Shown: positions 39,532-52,500 of the stretch, piece by piece
Layout: each line of letters starts with the position of its first letter
How positions within the stretch are numbered: position 1 is the first letter of the stretch
NCBI RefSeq assembly: GCF_035084215.1
Contig: NC_090353.1
Span: 17,050,001 to 17,114,000 of the forward strand
Length of the DNA: 64,000 nucleotides
Direction of reading: 5' to 3'
Origin: Heptranchias perlo
Taxonomy: Eukaryota
Made by a program: the position numbers and the translations under genes
Notes under the pieces: generated by a model
Seen by the model: only the letters and a program-made list of their open reading frames with translations
Told to the model about the DNA's origin: nothing
Databases searched by the model: none

Positions 39532-41420
39532 ATGGCAGGCAGAATGGCTGGAGCGGCAAGAGAGCATGCCCCAAGGTTCTCCGACAATGCACTGGAGGCT
39601 TTAGTGGAGGGAGTGCAGGAATGGGGAGCCATCCTGTACCCGCACGGTGCCAGGAGACCCTTTAGACACAGGCGGAGGCAATGGGAGCAAGTGGCTGTGG
39701 AGGTGAATGGCAGGAGTATAGCACCATGCAAGTGGATACAGTGCTGGGAAAAAGTTCAATGATTTGATATGAGTGAATGCAAGGGTCGAGTGGCACATCC
39801 TAACCATTGCACCACTGCTCCACGCACAACACGCCCCTTCACCCACCCACCAACAAACGCTGCCCATCCCTACGCAATGCTGCACTCCGGACGCTGCATC
39901 TCACCCTCACGTAATAGCACACTTGCAATCCACATACCCACCACTCACGGGTCACACATGCTGGCAGCTATTCGACCATGACAGGCACATCACCCAAACA
40001 CATTGCAGGACACTCACTGACACGCTTCCCTCCGTCTTGCAGGAGAAGGTGGCACATAGCAGCCGGCAGACTGAAACACCCGAGGGAGGACAGGCACGCC
40101 TACACGTCCTCACTTCCTTGGAGGAGACAGTGCTGTGCACTATTGGGCGGAACGTCACTGCAGCCATGGCCATTGGCAGCGCTGGAGGTCCCGATGATGA
40201 AGGGGGTCTCCGCATACCTAATCCTCCTTCTCGTTTCCCACATCTCCCTCATCCCACGATCTTTTCTGACGCATGTGCTGCAGATGATGGCAGCACACAC
40301 GCCTTACATGCTCCTCTCCCCGCTCCATAACTCAACCCGTCTCCCTTTGTCATTGCAGATACTCAGGAACTGGAGCCGGCACCGTCCGAGGAGGAGGAGG
40401 AGGAGGAGGAGGACACTGATAATGTAGCCGCAACGTCACTTGACCTGACACTCGCATCCACCAGCTCAGATACTGACACCACGTGTCCTTTAGAGGCTAG
40501 GTTGGAGGAGGGATCGGCACGAGGTGAGACATCGGGCACAAATGTGCAGGAGCCAGGGTGGGGGGAGCGGATACCACAGGTGCCAGCTCGCTGGAGCACA
40601 AGGTTGCACAATGGTTCTGCTGCTGAGGAGTCAGATGATGACTTCGATGGGCCAGGCTACAGAAGACGGCTGATGGGCGTACACCACCAAATGTTTGGGG
40701 CACTGGAAAGCCTGCCAGAAAGCCTGCGCACAATGAGAAGGGGCATTTAGGAGTCAGCTCCAACTTGGCACATGACTTTGCGCAGATCTTGGAGCCTATC
40801 CTTACCCACATGGAACGGGTGGTCACCTCCATCAGTACACCTGTGGAACCCACCATGTGCAGCATCTGATGACCGATGTCACAGTTTCCGTTGCAGCACA
40901 GAACCATATCAAAGGTCTGCAAGCTTCAGTTGAAGCTCAGACAGCTGCTATGGAAGCACAGACTGCTGCTCTCATGGCTCTGGGGACCACTGTGGAATGG
41001 TGTTTTCAGGATGTCACAGCATTCCAGCAATCCATTCTCCAGCTGATCACCAGGAGTGCTGAGGCGCCGCCCCGTGCAAGTGGCAGTGGTGCCACAGCAG
41101 TCCAACCTTCTGTCCTCTGCCCGGACGATAGCATTCCTGCTCCCGCCCCTGCCACTCCTCCAGTGCCCTTGTTGTTGCCTATCAGCTAGCCAGGTCAGAC
41201 TGCTGCAGCCCATGCCGAGATGGTGCAGTCTGACGTCGGGCCCTCCTGGCCCAGAGCTGCTCCAGGCCGTCCTCCAAGGCCATCTGCATGCTCCTCAATT
41301 GAAGGCCAGCAGCCTTTCATCACCCATGCTCCAGCCACTGGGATGCATCTCATAGGAGCACTAGGAAAGGCAAAGGCACACGAACGACAGGCACTGAGGG
41401 AATGCACAAGGGTGAATAGT
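39532..41420 (+). pseudogene. Harbinger Myb/SANT-like DNA-binding protein (spliced, disrupted)
   Basis: RFSDNALEALVEGV...ILY...QWEQVAVEVNGRSIAPCKWIQCW.K is a trihelix Myb/SANT pattern. Acceptors at 40042 and 40358. Acidic and coiled-coil C-terminus. Frameshifts and an in-frame TAG at ~40748. Confidence 0.8.
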
Positions 41421-41553
41421 GTAATGTTTGATACTTGAGTTAATGTGTTACATTATAAATTTGGATTTGAAGTCGCAGTTGGTGGTGGTTTTTATTTATG
41501 CCATGAGCTGCAGGAGGAAGCAATGTGCAATCGTATGGAGGGCGATTTGATGG

Positions 41554-42720
41554 TCATGTGGGAGAGGACAGGTGGGGAGCATAGGACTGTTGTTGACTTG
41601 GGAGGTATCGCTCACGAATGAGGTGAGCACGCAGAGCCCTGGCGGACAGGGCCTGTGCACCTTGTTGCCTCCTTGCATCTTCCTCCACTTCCTCCTCAGC
41701 CTCTTCCTCCTCGTCCTCCTCTTCCTTTGCCTCTGGCTCAGGGTCTTGCCGGATAGGTGGTGGCAAGGGCCGTTCCCTCATGATGGCCGGGTTGTGCAGC
41801 ATCCAGTATACCACGATGAATCTTGACACCCGCTCAGCGGAGTACTGCACAGCTCCACCAGAAAAGTTCAGGCAGCGGAAGCGTTGCTTTAGGAGGCCTA
41901 CAGTGTGCGTTCCGTGTGGGTGCATGTTCTCGTGTTGTATGCCTGCTCTGCACGTGTGCGGCCTCACCTGACCGGAGTCATGAGCCACCTCATGAGGGAT
42001 AGCCCTTGTCACCCAATAGCCACTTGCCGAGCCGGTGCAAAGATAGTTAGGACATTGGACTGCCGCATGATGGAGGAGTCATGACTGCTGCCAGGGTAGC
42101 GAGCACTGACCTGCATGATGCACTGTGTGTGGTCACACACCAGCTGCATATTGAGGGAGTGGATCCCCTTTCTGTTCATAAAGATGGCCGAGTTGAGATG
42201 TGGAGCACGCATGGCGATATGCGTGCAGTCAATGGCACCCTGCACCTTGGGGAAGCCTGCAATGCGAGCAAACCCTCGTGCTCGCTTGTTCTGCTTCTCT
42301 GTCAAGAGGGAATGCGATGAACCTGTTGTGCACTTTGTACAGTGCCTCTGTGACCTCCCTTATGCACTGCACACTGTGAGATGTTGCACAGCTCGCCAGC
42401 AGAGAGCTGAAAGGATACAAAGCCATAAAAGTTCACCGTCATGGTTACTTTCAAAGCCACAGGCAATGCTGTCCTTGCCCTGCTCTGAGGCTACAGTTGT
42501 GGCTGCAGCAATTGACATATCTCCATCACAATCTCTCTGGTGAACCGCAGCTGTCGGATGCACTGATCTTCGCTCATGTTGAGGTAAGCATTTTGTTCCC
42601 TGAAGGCCCTCATGGAATATGGCCTCCTGCTCAGTGCCCTGTGCCGCCTCCTCCTCCTTCTCCTTGCAGCTTGACCTGCTCTGCATGGCCTCACTGCCCA
42701 GCGAGAGCCCTAGCAGGCCA
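41554..42720 (-). pseudogene. Harbinger DDE transposase (HARBI1-like), frameshifted
   Basis: Motifs YLNMSEDQCIRQLRFTRE, GFPKVQGAIDCTHI, ARYPGSSHDS, WLLGDKGYP, GLLKQRFRCL and MLHN are spread over several frames. Confidence 0.9.
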
Positions 42721-44719
42721 CCCAGGAATCTTGTTCAGCACACTGTTGTAATTGACATCAACATTAATGTAGGACCTGCCAAACCACTTTCTATATACTA
42801 TAGCAACTCTATCCAAGTATAGGAAGCTTCAACAAATATGTACAATTGTACCAGTCGCCTGAAACAATAATTCATCCACTAACCTGCAACACCTGCATGA
42901 TCCCTTTAAATTGCGGTGGTGGGGGGCCCCGCCAGGCCACCTGTTCGTGGTTAAGAAAGTTCATTGGCTGGAGTATTGAGTGCCAAAACGGCTTCTATCC
43001 CTTTAAATCAGCGTTGCACACTGATCTAACGCATATTCTCCTTACTTTACATGATGCCGGTGTTCGTTATCTGCACGTGCACAAACGCCTGTACCAAAAT
43101 GGCGTCCAGACCACATCACGTACGAATGCATTCCGGACGCCATTTTGGGACGTTAGGACGTTAGGAGGCCGCATAGCGCCTGAAAAATGGGCGCTACACG
43201 GCCGAGTTTCCAGCTCCTGGACTCTTGTCTTTTGGTTTTCCTTTCTTCTAAACCAAGTGAAAAAAAGACTGAGTAAAAATTAAGAAACTGAAACTATTCT
43301 GTAACAAAAGTGCAACTGGAAGTCATGCTGGTATCATTTCCTGTTGAGGGTTCAGCTCTCTTCAGTGTCCGATCGCCAATCAGACAGCTGCAGACCTGCC
43401 ATCAACAGCTGCACCCTTTTCCCCACAGCCCCGAGCTGGGCACAGAGTGCCGCGATATTCAAATCATTCAAACAGGCTGCAGGTGTTTTTAATTGAAAGA
43501 AAACGCTAAATTTTTGTGAACAGGAGAGGAAACCGGGCCACATTACTGCAGCAGAAGCCTCTCGATGGGGGGGAACTGCTTTGTATCCGATCCGATCCAA
43601 ACACCAGACAACGTCAAGGACACAGGCTACTGCCTGAGCGTACTCTGGCTTTCTGATGAATGTGCTGATTAACCTGGCCCGGGGGGGGATGTGTATGTAG
43701 AGGGTGGGGGAGGGTGGAGGTGAGGTCGCCACATGTTGCTGGAGGTAGAAGTCTGCCTTGGGCGTTAGTGCAGATCCAGCAGGATCACGTGTAAATGAGG
43801 GGATTGGCAGGTGGGGGAAGTCCATGAAAGAATAATCAGGTGTGGATTCTGAATGGAGCGAGTGGGTTTGAGGGCTTGTTGAGCTGACTTTTCTCACTCG
43901 ACTTCTTTCTTAAATCAAACAAGCTCACTGAATGCAGTCATGTGATGTGATGGAGCTACAGAATCCACTCACACCTGCAGTAAGCAGAGTCCGGAGTTTC
44001 TTTCCACGGAGATGCATTATTCCGACAATTGCTGGCACCTTCCCAGTCCCTAAAGATAGTTTCACACCAGTTTAACTAAAACTTACACATATAGATGACA
44101 CTAAATAGGAATACAATCAAGGCAATCTCAACCCAGTTGCAAGTAAGCATGGGCCCACAGGATGAAACTGTTGAGCAATCTCACTCAGAAAGGCTACAGA
44201 CTGGCCAGTGTGGGACATGGAAAAAATGTCACACTGGTGCAATAGGGGGCAACTTTGAGAGGTTGGGGCAGAGTAGAGGGAGCTTCGCTGTACTCACTGG
44301 CTTCCAACATCTTCTCCAGCTGTGTATCCCCACGTGCACCCTCCGCTCCCGATACTGGTCTACTTTTCATTCCCTACTTTCCACTCGGTCAGTGACCAAT
44401 TCTTCAGCTACCCTGCCCCTATCTGGTAGAACTCCTCCCTCAGCATCCCTGTCTGGTCACCTCCCTTCAATACCCTCTTCAAAGGTGCTTCTCTTCAAAT
44501 GTGCTTTCACCCTCCCTTAGCCCCCATCTCCTTTCTGCTTGGTGCGCATCACCCTGTAAAGTGGTCTGCGACATCGCTCTCTGAAGACCCCTATAAAATG
44601 TACGTTGTTATATGAATAGGACACATGGATGGGCACAAGCTTTGGTCTCTGATATATCGGCTCGTTTACTAATAAATAAAAGAGCAGGCTGAAAGAAACT
44701 GCCAGAATTTCACAATACA

Positions 44720-44738
44720 TTTATTTTTGAATTTTATT
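44720..44738 (-). terminator. Candidate polyadenylation signals of the RAB11B-like gene
   Basis: Two minus-strand AATAAA (forward tttatt at 44720-44725 and 44733-44738), about 580 nt after the stop codon. Confidence 0.55.
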
Positions 44739-44889
44739 TACTATAAATCTGCAGTTGTTCTGTAATAACAAGTATTTCACCATCTTATTTATGGATAAAT
44801 AACTTCTCTTTTTGAAAATTACTTCATGTTATTGCCTTGTGGTTTCTGGTGGACTGAAACTGAACTTATCCTGAATTATTGCCAGTTTG

Positions 44890-45022
44890 CACATTGAATC
44901 CAGACCCAGTTGGAACTTGATTGAGACAGTCTCAAACTCACCTCCCCCAAGGCCCTCAGAACCAGCAGAGAGGCAAAACTTTCATCCCATCAGCCAGGTC
45001 CCGAAACACAGAGGAAAAGCAC
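44890..45022 (-). mobile_element. LF-SINE-like fragment in the RAB11B 3' UTR
   Basis: Minus strand gatgggatgaaag...ctgctggttct...gagtttgagactgtctcaatcaagttcc aligns by eye with the copy at 52585-52790. Confidence 0.5.
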
Positions 45023-45313
45023 CTCAGCTTGGCTCTGCATAGAGTTATTCTCAGTTGAGAATAAGAAATCTATCTTTGAATTAGTGACAGCATGTTACCA
45101 GGCCTCCTGTGGAGGGATCCCATGCAACCACCAGTATATTTCAGACAATGAATTGCTGCTTATTCGGTTTTGAAAGATCTGTTCTGTAGTTGCAGCAAAA
45201 AAAAAACATCCAAATGAAACGGATTAAATCATATAGGGCATTGGACAGAAGCGTTCCAAACACACTATAATGCACAGGCAGGAGTGGGGAATCAGAGGGG
45301 GAGCAGAAGCAGG

Positions 45314-45456
45314 TCACATATTCTGACAACATTGCAGTTTGTTGGATTTCTGCCCGTCGCTTGTTGGGGGGACATCGATCTCGACCACGTCACTGCCGGG
45401 CGTCTCGTGAGCCAATCGGTCTGAGATCTGCTTCTGAGAAACTATGCGGTAAATTT
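45314..45456 (-). CDS. RAB11B: RAB11B-like exon 5 (hypervariable tail and prenylation motif)
   Basis: ttccag| acceptor. Encodes (E)[46 protein letters not shown], a Rab11B-type tail with the CCXXX motif. Confidence 0.95.
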
Positions 45457-45619
45457 CTGGAAAACAAAAGTAATTTTAGTTACTCTGGAGTCCTACTCTT
45501 TACAAAAATTATTTTTCAGCCCCTCCCACTATGGCAATGGGCGCCGGCCACTACTTCGCTCATACGGCCATTTTTAACATTTGGTCCGAGACGATGACCG
45601 TAATCTGGCAATTCAACCT

Positions 45620-45825
45620 AAGAGGAGGGAGGTGAAGAAGTAGCACAGCCAAGCCCGATCCTGAATTCGACCGATGTCCACACAAACTCACTTTCCAGCA
45701 GGGGTCACTGGACAGTGAGCAGGAGCAGAAACCGGGGCACTGAGCCTAACTGTAATGTTGTTTCCGCAGCCCTAGCTGACATCAGCTAAACTCAGCAGAG
45801 ACCAGGGTTTGTACAGAGACCTTCC
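45620..45825 (-). mobile_element. AmnSINE2-like SINE in RAB11B intron 4
   Basis: cacagccaagcccgatcctg...ttccagcaggggtcactgga is the reverse complement of the family core. Confidence 0.6.
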
Positions 45826-46061
45826 CCGGCGCTTGTTCCACATTGCTACATGGTGGGGCAGAGAGATTTTTCTGATCTTTTTGCACATTAACCTGTCTTT
45901 TCCCTCAAGTGCTGATGGACCTGCTGTGCATTTCTGATATTTTTTGTTCCAATTTCAGATTTATAGTTTTCTCTTTATATCCCAAGATTTTTCCTGTTGT
46001 ATTTCGTTCAGTCACGGTACAGATACATTTATTTGGATCTAGATAGTCTTTTTGGTTTTAC

Positions 46062-46142
46062 CTGTCAAGATATTTTGGAAAGCCTCCTCTACGTTAGTTG
46101 AATCCAAGGCAGATGTTTCAATAAATGAAAGACAATTCTTCT
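46062..46142 (-). CDS. RAB11B: RAB11B-like exon 4
   Basis: tatag| acceptor. Encodes (E)[26 protein letters not shown] including the G5 ETSAL motif. 81 nt, donor G|gtaaaa. Confidence 0.96.
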
Positions 46143-47601
46143 CTATATAAAAAGAGAACAGAAGAAATATCAATAGTCTCGATAAACCTGGTGAGCCACT
46201 CAGAAACCCCTCTGATGTTGGCCCACGTGAAAGATCTAGAGGTCACAAAGCTCCAGGAAGAATCCATTCATGCAGGATGTGTGAGTACAGTCTGTGTTTC
46301 AAGTGGAAGGAAAGTTGGAGTGAAGGGTGCTTTTGTTCAAATACTCCTCCATTTTATACTGAAAAAATTATAAAAACTTTACATATGTGTGCAGTTCCTG
46401 TTTGTCATATTTCTATCTGAAATACTTCAGGTGTCACATGCTGTCTAATGCAGATTTGTTGCAAAGAAAAGTTAAAAAAAGAAACAAAAGCAGTCGTTTG
46501 GAACGTACGTAGGAATCCTCCAGGAACAGAACATACCCGAGCCACAATATCTGAAGCCTCTCATTCACCTGTGCATGAACCCATTTACTTATAATTAGAC
46601 TTTGTAGCCTTAGAGTGACACACACCTACACTTCAGCAGTAGAATCATACATTGTTTTACACAGTGTAATGTTCCTGTCCTTATGATGGTGTATTCTCTG
46701 ACTTATTGCGAGCAGCACCAGGGGAGATTCACTAGTAATATATAAAAGTTATGAGATGTGCGTCACCCTTCAGATGTCACAGTTTGCATGAAACACCAAA
46801 AAAAGTAGACACTTCTAAAGTATATTTTTTAAAAAGCTAGCAGTAATAACCTAGTTTCTGCCCAAGGAAAGGGTCCATGCAGCTGTCAATTTAGAGAAAC
46901 TTCCAACAGCAATAGTAAATAGCCTCCAACTGACATCATGATATTTAGATCACCTCCACACGAAGTAACTGAGCAGTGACTTAAAGGGACAGGCCAGATA
47001 GCAGCCAGCAATCACAATGTTCCTCGGACTATCAATGAGCAATGCCACCGGAGGTCCGTAAAATCATACAAAATATTGATTCAGACTTTTTAAAAAGTCA
47101 AAATTGTCACCTTTCAGAGACTTGCCACATCGGGTCACCTCAGCACTGGGGGGGGTGGGGGATCACAGGCAGGAAGGAGTATGTGCATTATTGAAGCTCC
47201 TGGGTGGCCCAAGATCTGACCCAGAGCTGCCTGAATCCTGGGAGCCAGCCTTAGTGGCGGGGTCCTCTGCTCACAGTATAGGGAACTTGAGACCCACTGT
47301 ACTCCGTACAGGAAAGGGAATTTGTGTTTTTAAGTTAACCTTAAACTTCACTAATTACCATACACAGACACCCACGCCCCCGAGATTCATTTGAACAGTT
47401 GCCCCGGGAGGGTTAGGGGTTTGCTATGTCAGACTCCTGCAAGTCACAGGTCACTGTAAGTAACATTAGATTATTTTTATTGCACGTTTTGTGCCACCAG
47501 GAATATCCAGGTAGATGGAAAGGGTTTTTAATTCCTTTAAACTCATCTGAACAAATTTCAAATGTGCAAAAGCCGGACATTACCTTTGAGAGGAGTGAGG
47601 G

Positions 47602-48212
47602 GTGAGGGGTGAGGCGAGGGTATTGTCTCAGTTTGTGAGGGGTGAGGCGAGGGTATTGTCTCAGTTTGTGACGGGTGAGGCGAGGGTATTGTCTCAGTTT
47701 GTGAGGGGTGAGGCGAGGGTATTGTCTCAGTTTGTGACGGGTGAGGCGAGGGTATTGTCTCAGTTTGTGACGGGTGAGGCGAGGGTATTGTCTCAGTTTG
47801 AGAGGGGTGAGGCGAGGGTATTGTCTCAGTTTGAGAGGGGTGAGGCGAGGGTACTGTCTCAGTTTGTGAGGGGTGAGGTGAGAATATTGTCTCAGTTTGT
47901 GAGGGGTGAGGTGAGGATATTGTCTCAGTTTGTGAGGGGTGAGGCGAGGGTATTGTCTCAGTTTGAGAGGGGTGAGGCGAGGATATTGTCTCAGTTTGTG
48001 AGGGGTGAGGCGAGGGTACTGTCTCAGTTTGTGAGGGGTGAGGCGAGGGTATTGTCTCAGTTTGTGAGGGGTGAGGCGAGGGTATTGTCTCAGTTTGAGG
48101 GGTGAGGCGAGGGTATTGTCTCAGTTTGTGAGGGGTGAGGCGAGGGTATTGTCTCAGTTTGAGAGGGGTGAGGCGAGGGTACTGTCTCAGTTTGAGAGGA
48201 GTGAGGCGAGGG
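47602..48212. repeat. 33-bp minisatellite A, about 18.5 copies (GTGAGGGGTGAGGCGAGGGTATTGTCTCAGTTT)
   Basis: Read directly. A few variant units and one 2-bp deletion near 48097. Lies in RAB11B intron 3. Confidence 0.97.
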
Positions 48213-48705
48213 CCTGCAATATGGTCATTGTACAACAGGGTTTGAAAGAAGGTGAGAAAGCTCAGAAGGGATGGCGTGAAGTCAATGGGAATAAGTGAAA
48301 TAAAACTGAAAACTAAAAATTCAACGGGCTTTAGGACATCTGGGGAGCTCATCTCATGTCTCATTCTGACCCCAGAGGTAAACCCTGAGGTTCCCAGATC
48401 GGGGCCTTTCTATAAAAAAAGCTATCAAGGGTTTCCTCAACACAACCCAATAAATCACATCTGTGAGCATTTAGCAAGTCAACGACTCAATATTTATAAA
48501 TCTGAGCCATGACATCTAAACAGCATTACCCAGGGTTACTGGCAACGGACGTAATGAGGGAGAGGAGGTAGAAGGAGAATAAAATCAGCCTCATAAAATG
48601 CACCGACTACACTCTGCACGTTATTCCTGTTCTACCAGCCTCCTGCCAGCTCTGAGCTCAGTGCCTAGAATTAAAAATCGGCCCAGGGGTTTTAGACTGT
48701 TTCTA

Positions 48706-48966
<261 letters not shown>

Positions 48967-49044
48967 TCACCTGCGGTGTATGTTGTATGCAGAACAGAGA
49001 GAATCAAATAAAAATACATTAAAAAACTGTCTCCTTGGACATTC

Positions 49045-50090
49045 CGGTGTGGTACTCAGCCGTACAGAGCAGGAAGGTTACCAGTTCAATCCCTGATCTG
49101 TGCTGAATTATCTTAGCTCAGACAGGCTGACAGTAGGGGTGCTACAATTGCCTTAGTGCTCCAGGGTTAGGGAGGGGAAAAAAAAAAAATCAAGATTCCT
49201 GCTTCTGGTCATTATCTAGTGACCCTGCTAGAAAGCATACACGTGTTTGGCTGTCGGGCTTGGGGTGGGCTGTGATGCCCCCGATGGTCAAATATCCTCT
49301 TGACATTCACTATTCAGGCTCAGACATGAAGAATGGACACTCTGAATGAAACAATGGAGGGCACCCGGGGGACCCGTACCCAAGAGAGAGCCGGCACCCG
49401 GGGGACCCGTGCCCAAGAGAGAGCCGGCACCCGGGGGACCCGTGCCCAAGAGAGAGCCGGCACCCGGGGGACCCGTGCCCAAGAGAGAGCCGGCACCCGG
49501 GGGACCCGTGCCCAAGAGAGAGCCGGCACCCGGGGGACCCGTGCCCAAGAGAGAGCCGGCACCCGGGGGACCCGTGCCCAAGAGAGAGCCGGCACCCGGG
49601 GGACCCGTGCCCAAGAGAGAGCCGGCACCCGGGGGACCCGTGCCCAAGAGAGAGCCGGCACCCGGGGGACCCGTGCCCAAGAGAGAGCCGGCACCCGGGG
49701 GACCCGTGCCCAAGAGAGAGCCGGCACCCGGGGGACCCGTGCCCAAGAGAGAGCCGGCAGCCGGGGGACCCGTGCCCAAGAGAGAGCCGGCACCCGGGGG
49801 ACCCGTGCCCAAGAGAGAGCCGGCACCCGGGGGACCCGTGCCCAAGAGAGAGCCGGCACCCGGGGGACCCGTGCCCAAGAGAGAGCCGGCACCCGGGGGA
49901 CCCGTGCCCAAGAGAGAGCCGGCACCCGGGGGACCCGTGCCCAAGAGAGAGCCGGCAGCCGGGGGACCCGTGCCCAAGAGAGAGTCAGCGGCTGTTGAAC
50001 GCCTACCCCATTGAGAATTAACACCCGGGGAACTATACCCCAGCAAGACCCAGTGACTTAAGGCAAGGAAGGGAGAAGGAAAAGACCAAA
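49045..50090 (+). mobile_element. AmnSINE2-like SINE hosting minisatellite B
   Basis: Head (ggtgtggtactcagccgtacagagcaggaagg...ttcaatccc) and core run directly into the array; the purine-rich tail follows it. Confidence 0.7.
49361..49987. repeat. 33-bp minisatellite B, 19 copies (GCACCCGGGGGACCCGTGCCCAAGAGAGAGCCG)
   Basis: Read directly; near-perfect. GCAGCC variant in units 13 and 19. Lies in RAB11B intron 2. Confidence 0.98.
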
Positions 50091-50500
50091 CACAAACAAT
50101 TCCGATCAACCAAACTGTGACTAATGAAGGGGAGACTTAAACCCACCAGTTGCTCCCTGCAGCTACAGCTATTACTGTCGTTTCGAGGAGACATCATGTC
50201 TTCTGTGAGATTACGACATCACTCCGTGCTGCATTATTCCGCCCCATCTTTGTTACTATTTATTGACTTACTGGAAGCTCCAAGATGTGGTGTTTGTATT
50301 TCTTGCTTTTATACCCTGCACCAAGAGGAGAAATCGGAGCATGCTCGTTCCAGGCTACTCTCACATTTTCCAGAAGCTGGCTACACAGTGGCATTGGAGA
50401 AATCTGGGGAGCATCCTGATGGAGGCGGAAAAGATGTGGGCCTTGCGGATATTAGGGAAGGAGAGGTAGGGGAGAAAAATTGATCAGACAAGGGTCCTTA

Positions 50501-50722
<222 letters not shown>

Positions 50723-51594
50723 TTAGTGTTTTAGAGTCAAATATCACAATAAAACCATTGTTAAAGGACTGAATGCATCATTCACAGCTGTAAGATCCTC
50801 TAGTCTCCCTTCGTGAGGTCTGCCTGTGGTTCAGACCAATCCTGGTCGATTGGCAGTGGTTTGGCATCAGGCCTCCCACCCTGTGTTCTACCACCAGCTG
50901 TTGAGAAGTGCACAAGAGTCATTATGACTCGCCCTCTGATTTTTTGCTCCCACTCTGCGGGGATGTGCCTGGCATCTGTGTGCCACTCCCCGGACACACT
51001 GGCACACGGAAACTCAGCAAGCAGGGACTGTGGGCACAAACCCGCAACACTGCACTCTTGTAGGACTCTGATCCACTGTACCCTTTTATACTGGTCTTGT
51101 GGAGGCATCAGTTACACCATCAACACACGAGTCACTATTCACATAACATAAAATGAACACAGTTTGATTAAAGGCTTCACTTGAATCAGTTTAAAAATTT
51201 ACCCAAAGTGAACAAGCAACAGGAAAACTTCAAACGCGATCTTCCTTCAGCTGAGGCCCATTAACGACTGACACACAGCAGCAAGGGGATTTATCTTTAG
51301 GGATAGTCGATATTTCCCTCTAGCTGACCAACGTTATCCTTGATTGTTGTGCTTTTCTTGTCATTTTTCCCACCAGCCCCTGCTTGTTGTCGCGCATGTT
51401 CTCCAGCAAGAGGGCAGGTCAAGCAGCGCATGGTGCTTGTGCAGTCCCAGGTGACTCTCCCTGTGGGGATATGCCTGCCTCACCAGTCCGATCAGTGACT
51501 CACCGTGCAAGGAATCATGGCGCAAACCTGTATCTCATCATTTCCATTCCTGAGCTCCAATGTTCAATGCCACTCTCATTCCTTTCTGTGCTTT

Positions 51595-52500
51595 CTTCCC
51601 CTATTTTCCATTTTTTTTCCCTCATCTCTTGAAGGTGCTGACCCTCACTGGGGTATAGATTCCCCGGGTGCTGACCCTCACTGGGGTATAGATTCCCCGG
51701 GTGCTGACCCTCACTGGGGTATAGATTCCCCGGGTGCTGACCCTCACTGGGGTATAGATTCCCCGGGTGCTGACCCTCACTGGGATATAGATTCCCCGGG
51801 TGCTGACCCTCACTGGGATATAGATTCCCCGGGTGCTGACCCTCACTGGGGTATAGATTCCCCGGGTGCTGGCCCTCACTGGGGTATAGATTCCCCGGGT
51901 GCTGGCCCTCACTGGGGTATAGATTCCCCGGGTGCTGGCCCTCACTGGGGTATAGATTCCCCGGGTGCTGGCCCTCACTGGGGTATAGATTCCCCGGGTG
52001 CTGGCCCTCACTGGGGTATAGATTCCCCGGGTGCTGGCCCTCACTGGGGTATAGATTCCCCGGGTGCTGGCCCTCACTGGGGTACAGATTCCCCGAGTGC
52101 TGGCCCTCACTGGGGTACAGATTCCCCGGGTGCTGGCCCTCACTGGGGTACAGATTCCACAGGCACCGACTCTTGCTGAGATGTGGGTTATACCAGTAAC
52201 TTTCCCAAATGGTTATTCACCTTATATGAGCTTGAATAGTGAGTGTCAGCCAGCTAGTCAGTCACAAGATACATCACAGGCAAGCCTGATCCTGCTCTCA
52301 TCTGTAGCCCCACGTGGACTTTCCAGTAGGAGTCACTGGATTGTGATTATTAGCTGGAACTTTGGCTGATCTTCCACTCCCTAACCCAGGGGCACTGAAA
52401 TCAAAAGTAGCACCGTTACCGCTAGCCTGGCTTAGATCAGCTAACTCAGCACGGAACAGGTGAGGAGCCCTGGACCCTGATCTGAATGGCCCACGCATTT
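51595..52500 (-). mobile_element. AmnSINE2-like SINE hosting minisatellite C
   Basis: Reverse-complement SINE core at 52160-52500 (gatcagctaactcagcac, agtgagtgtcagccagcta) and tail at 51595-51633 bracket the array. Confidence 0.7.
51634..52161. repeat. 33-bp minisatellite C, 16 copies (GGTGCTG[A/G]CCCTCACTGGGGTATAGATTCCCCG)
   Basis: Read directly; variants occur in blocks. Lies in RAB11B intron 1. Confidence 0.98.

Larger units (their letters stand above)
39265..43218. mobile_element. PIF/Harbinger DNA transposon, near-complete but decayed
   Basis: CpG-rich block of about 4 kb carrying convergent Myb/SANT and DDE transposase genes. Right end ...GCGCTACACGGCCGAGTTTCCAGCTC; left end AGGGGGTTAAATAGG is only weakly similar, so boundaries are uncertain. 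Confidence 0.85.

Noticed and set aside
39532-42720. Domesticated HARBI1/NAIF1/MSANTD host genes
   Set aside because: Both reading frames carry multiple frameshifts and stops and sit in transposon configuration, which fits a decaying element.
43352-44520. 181-aa and 141-aa intergenic ORFs
   Set aside because: No recognisable domain or splice structure; partly L2-derived low-complexity sequence.
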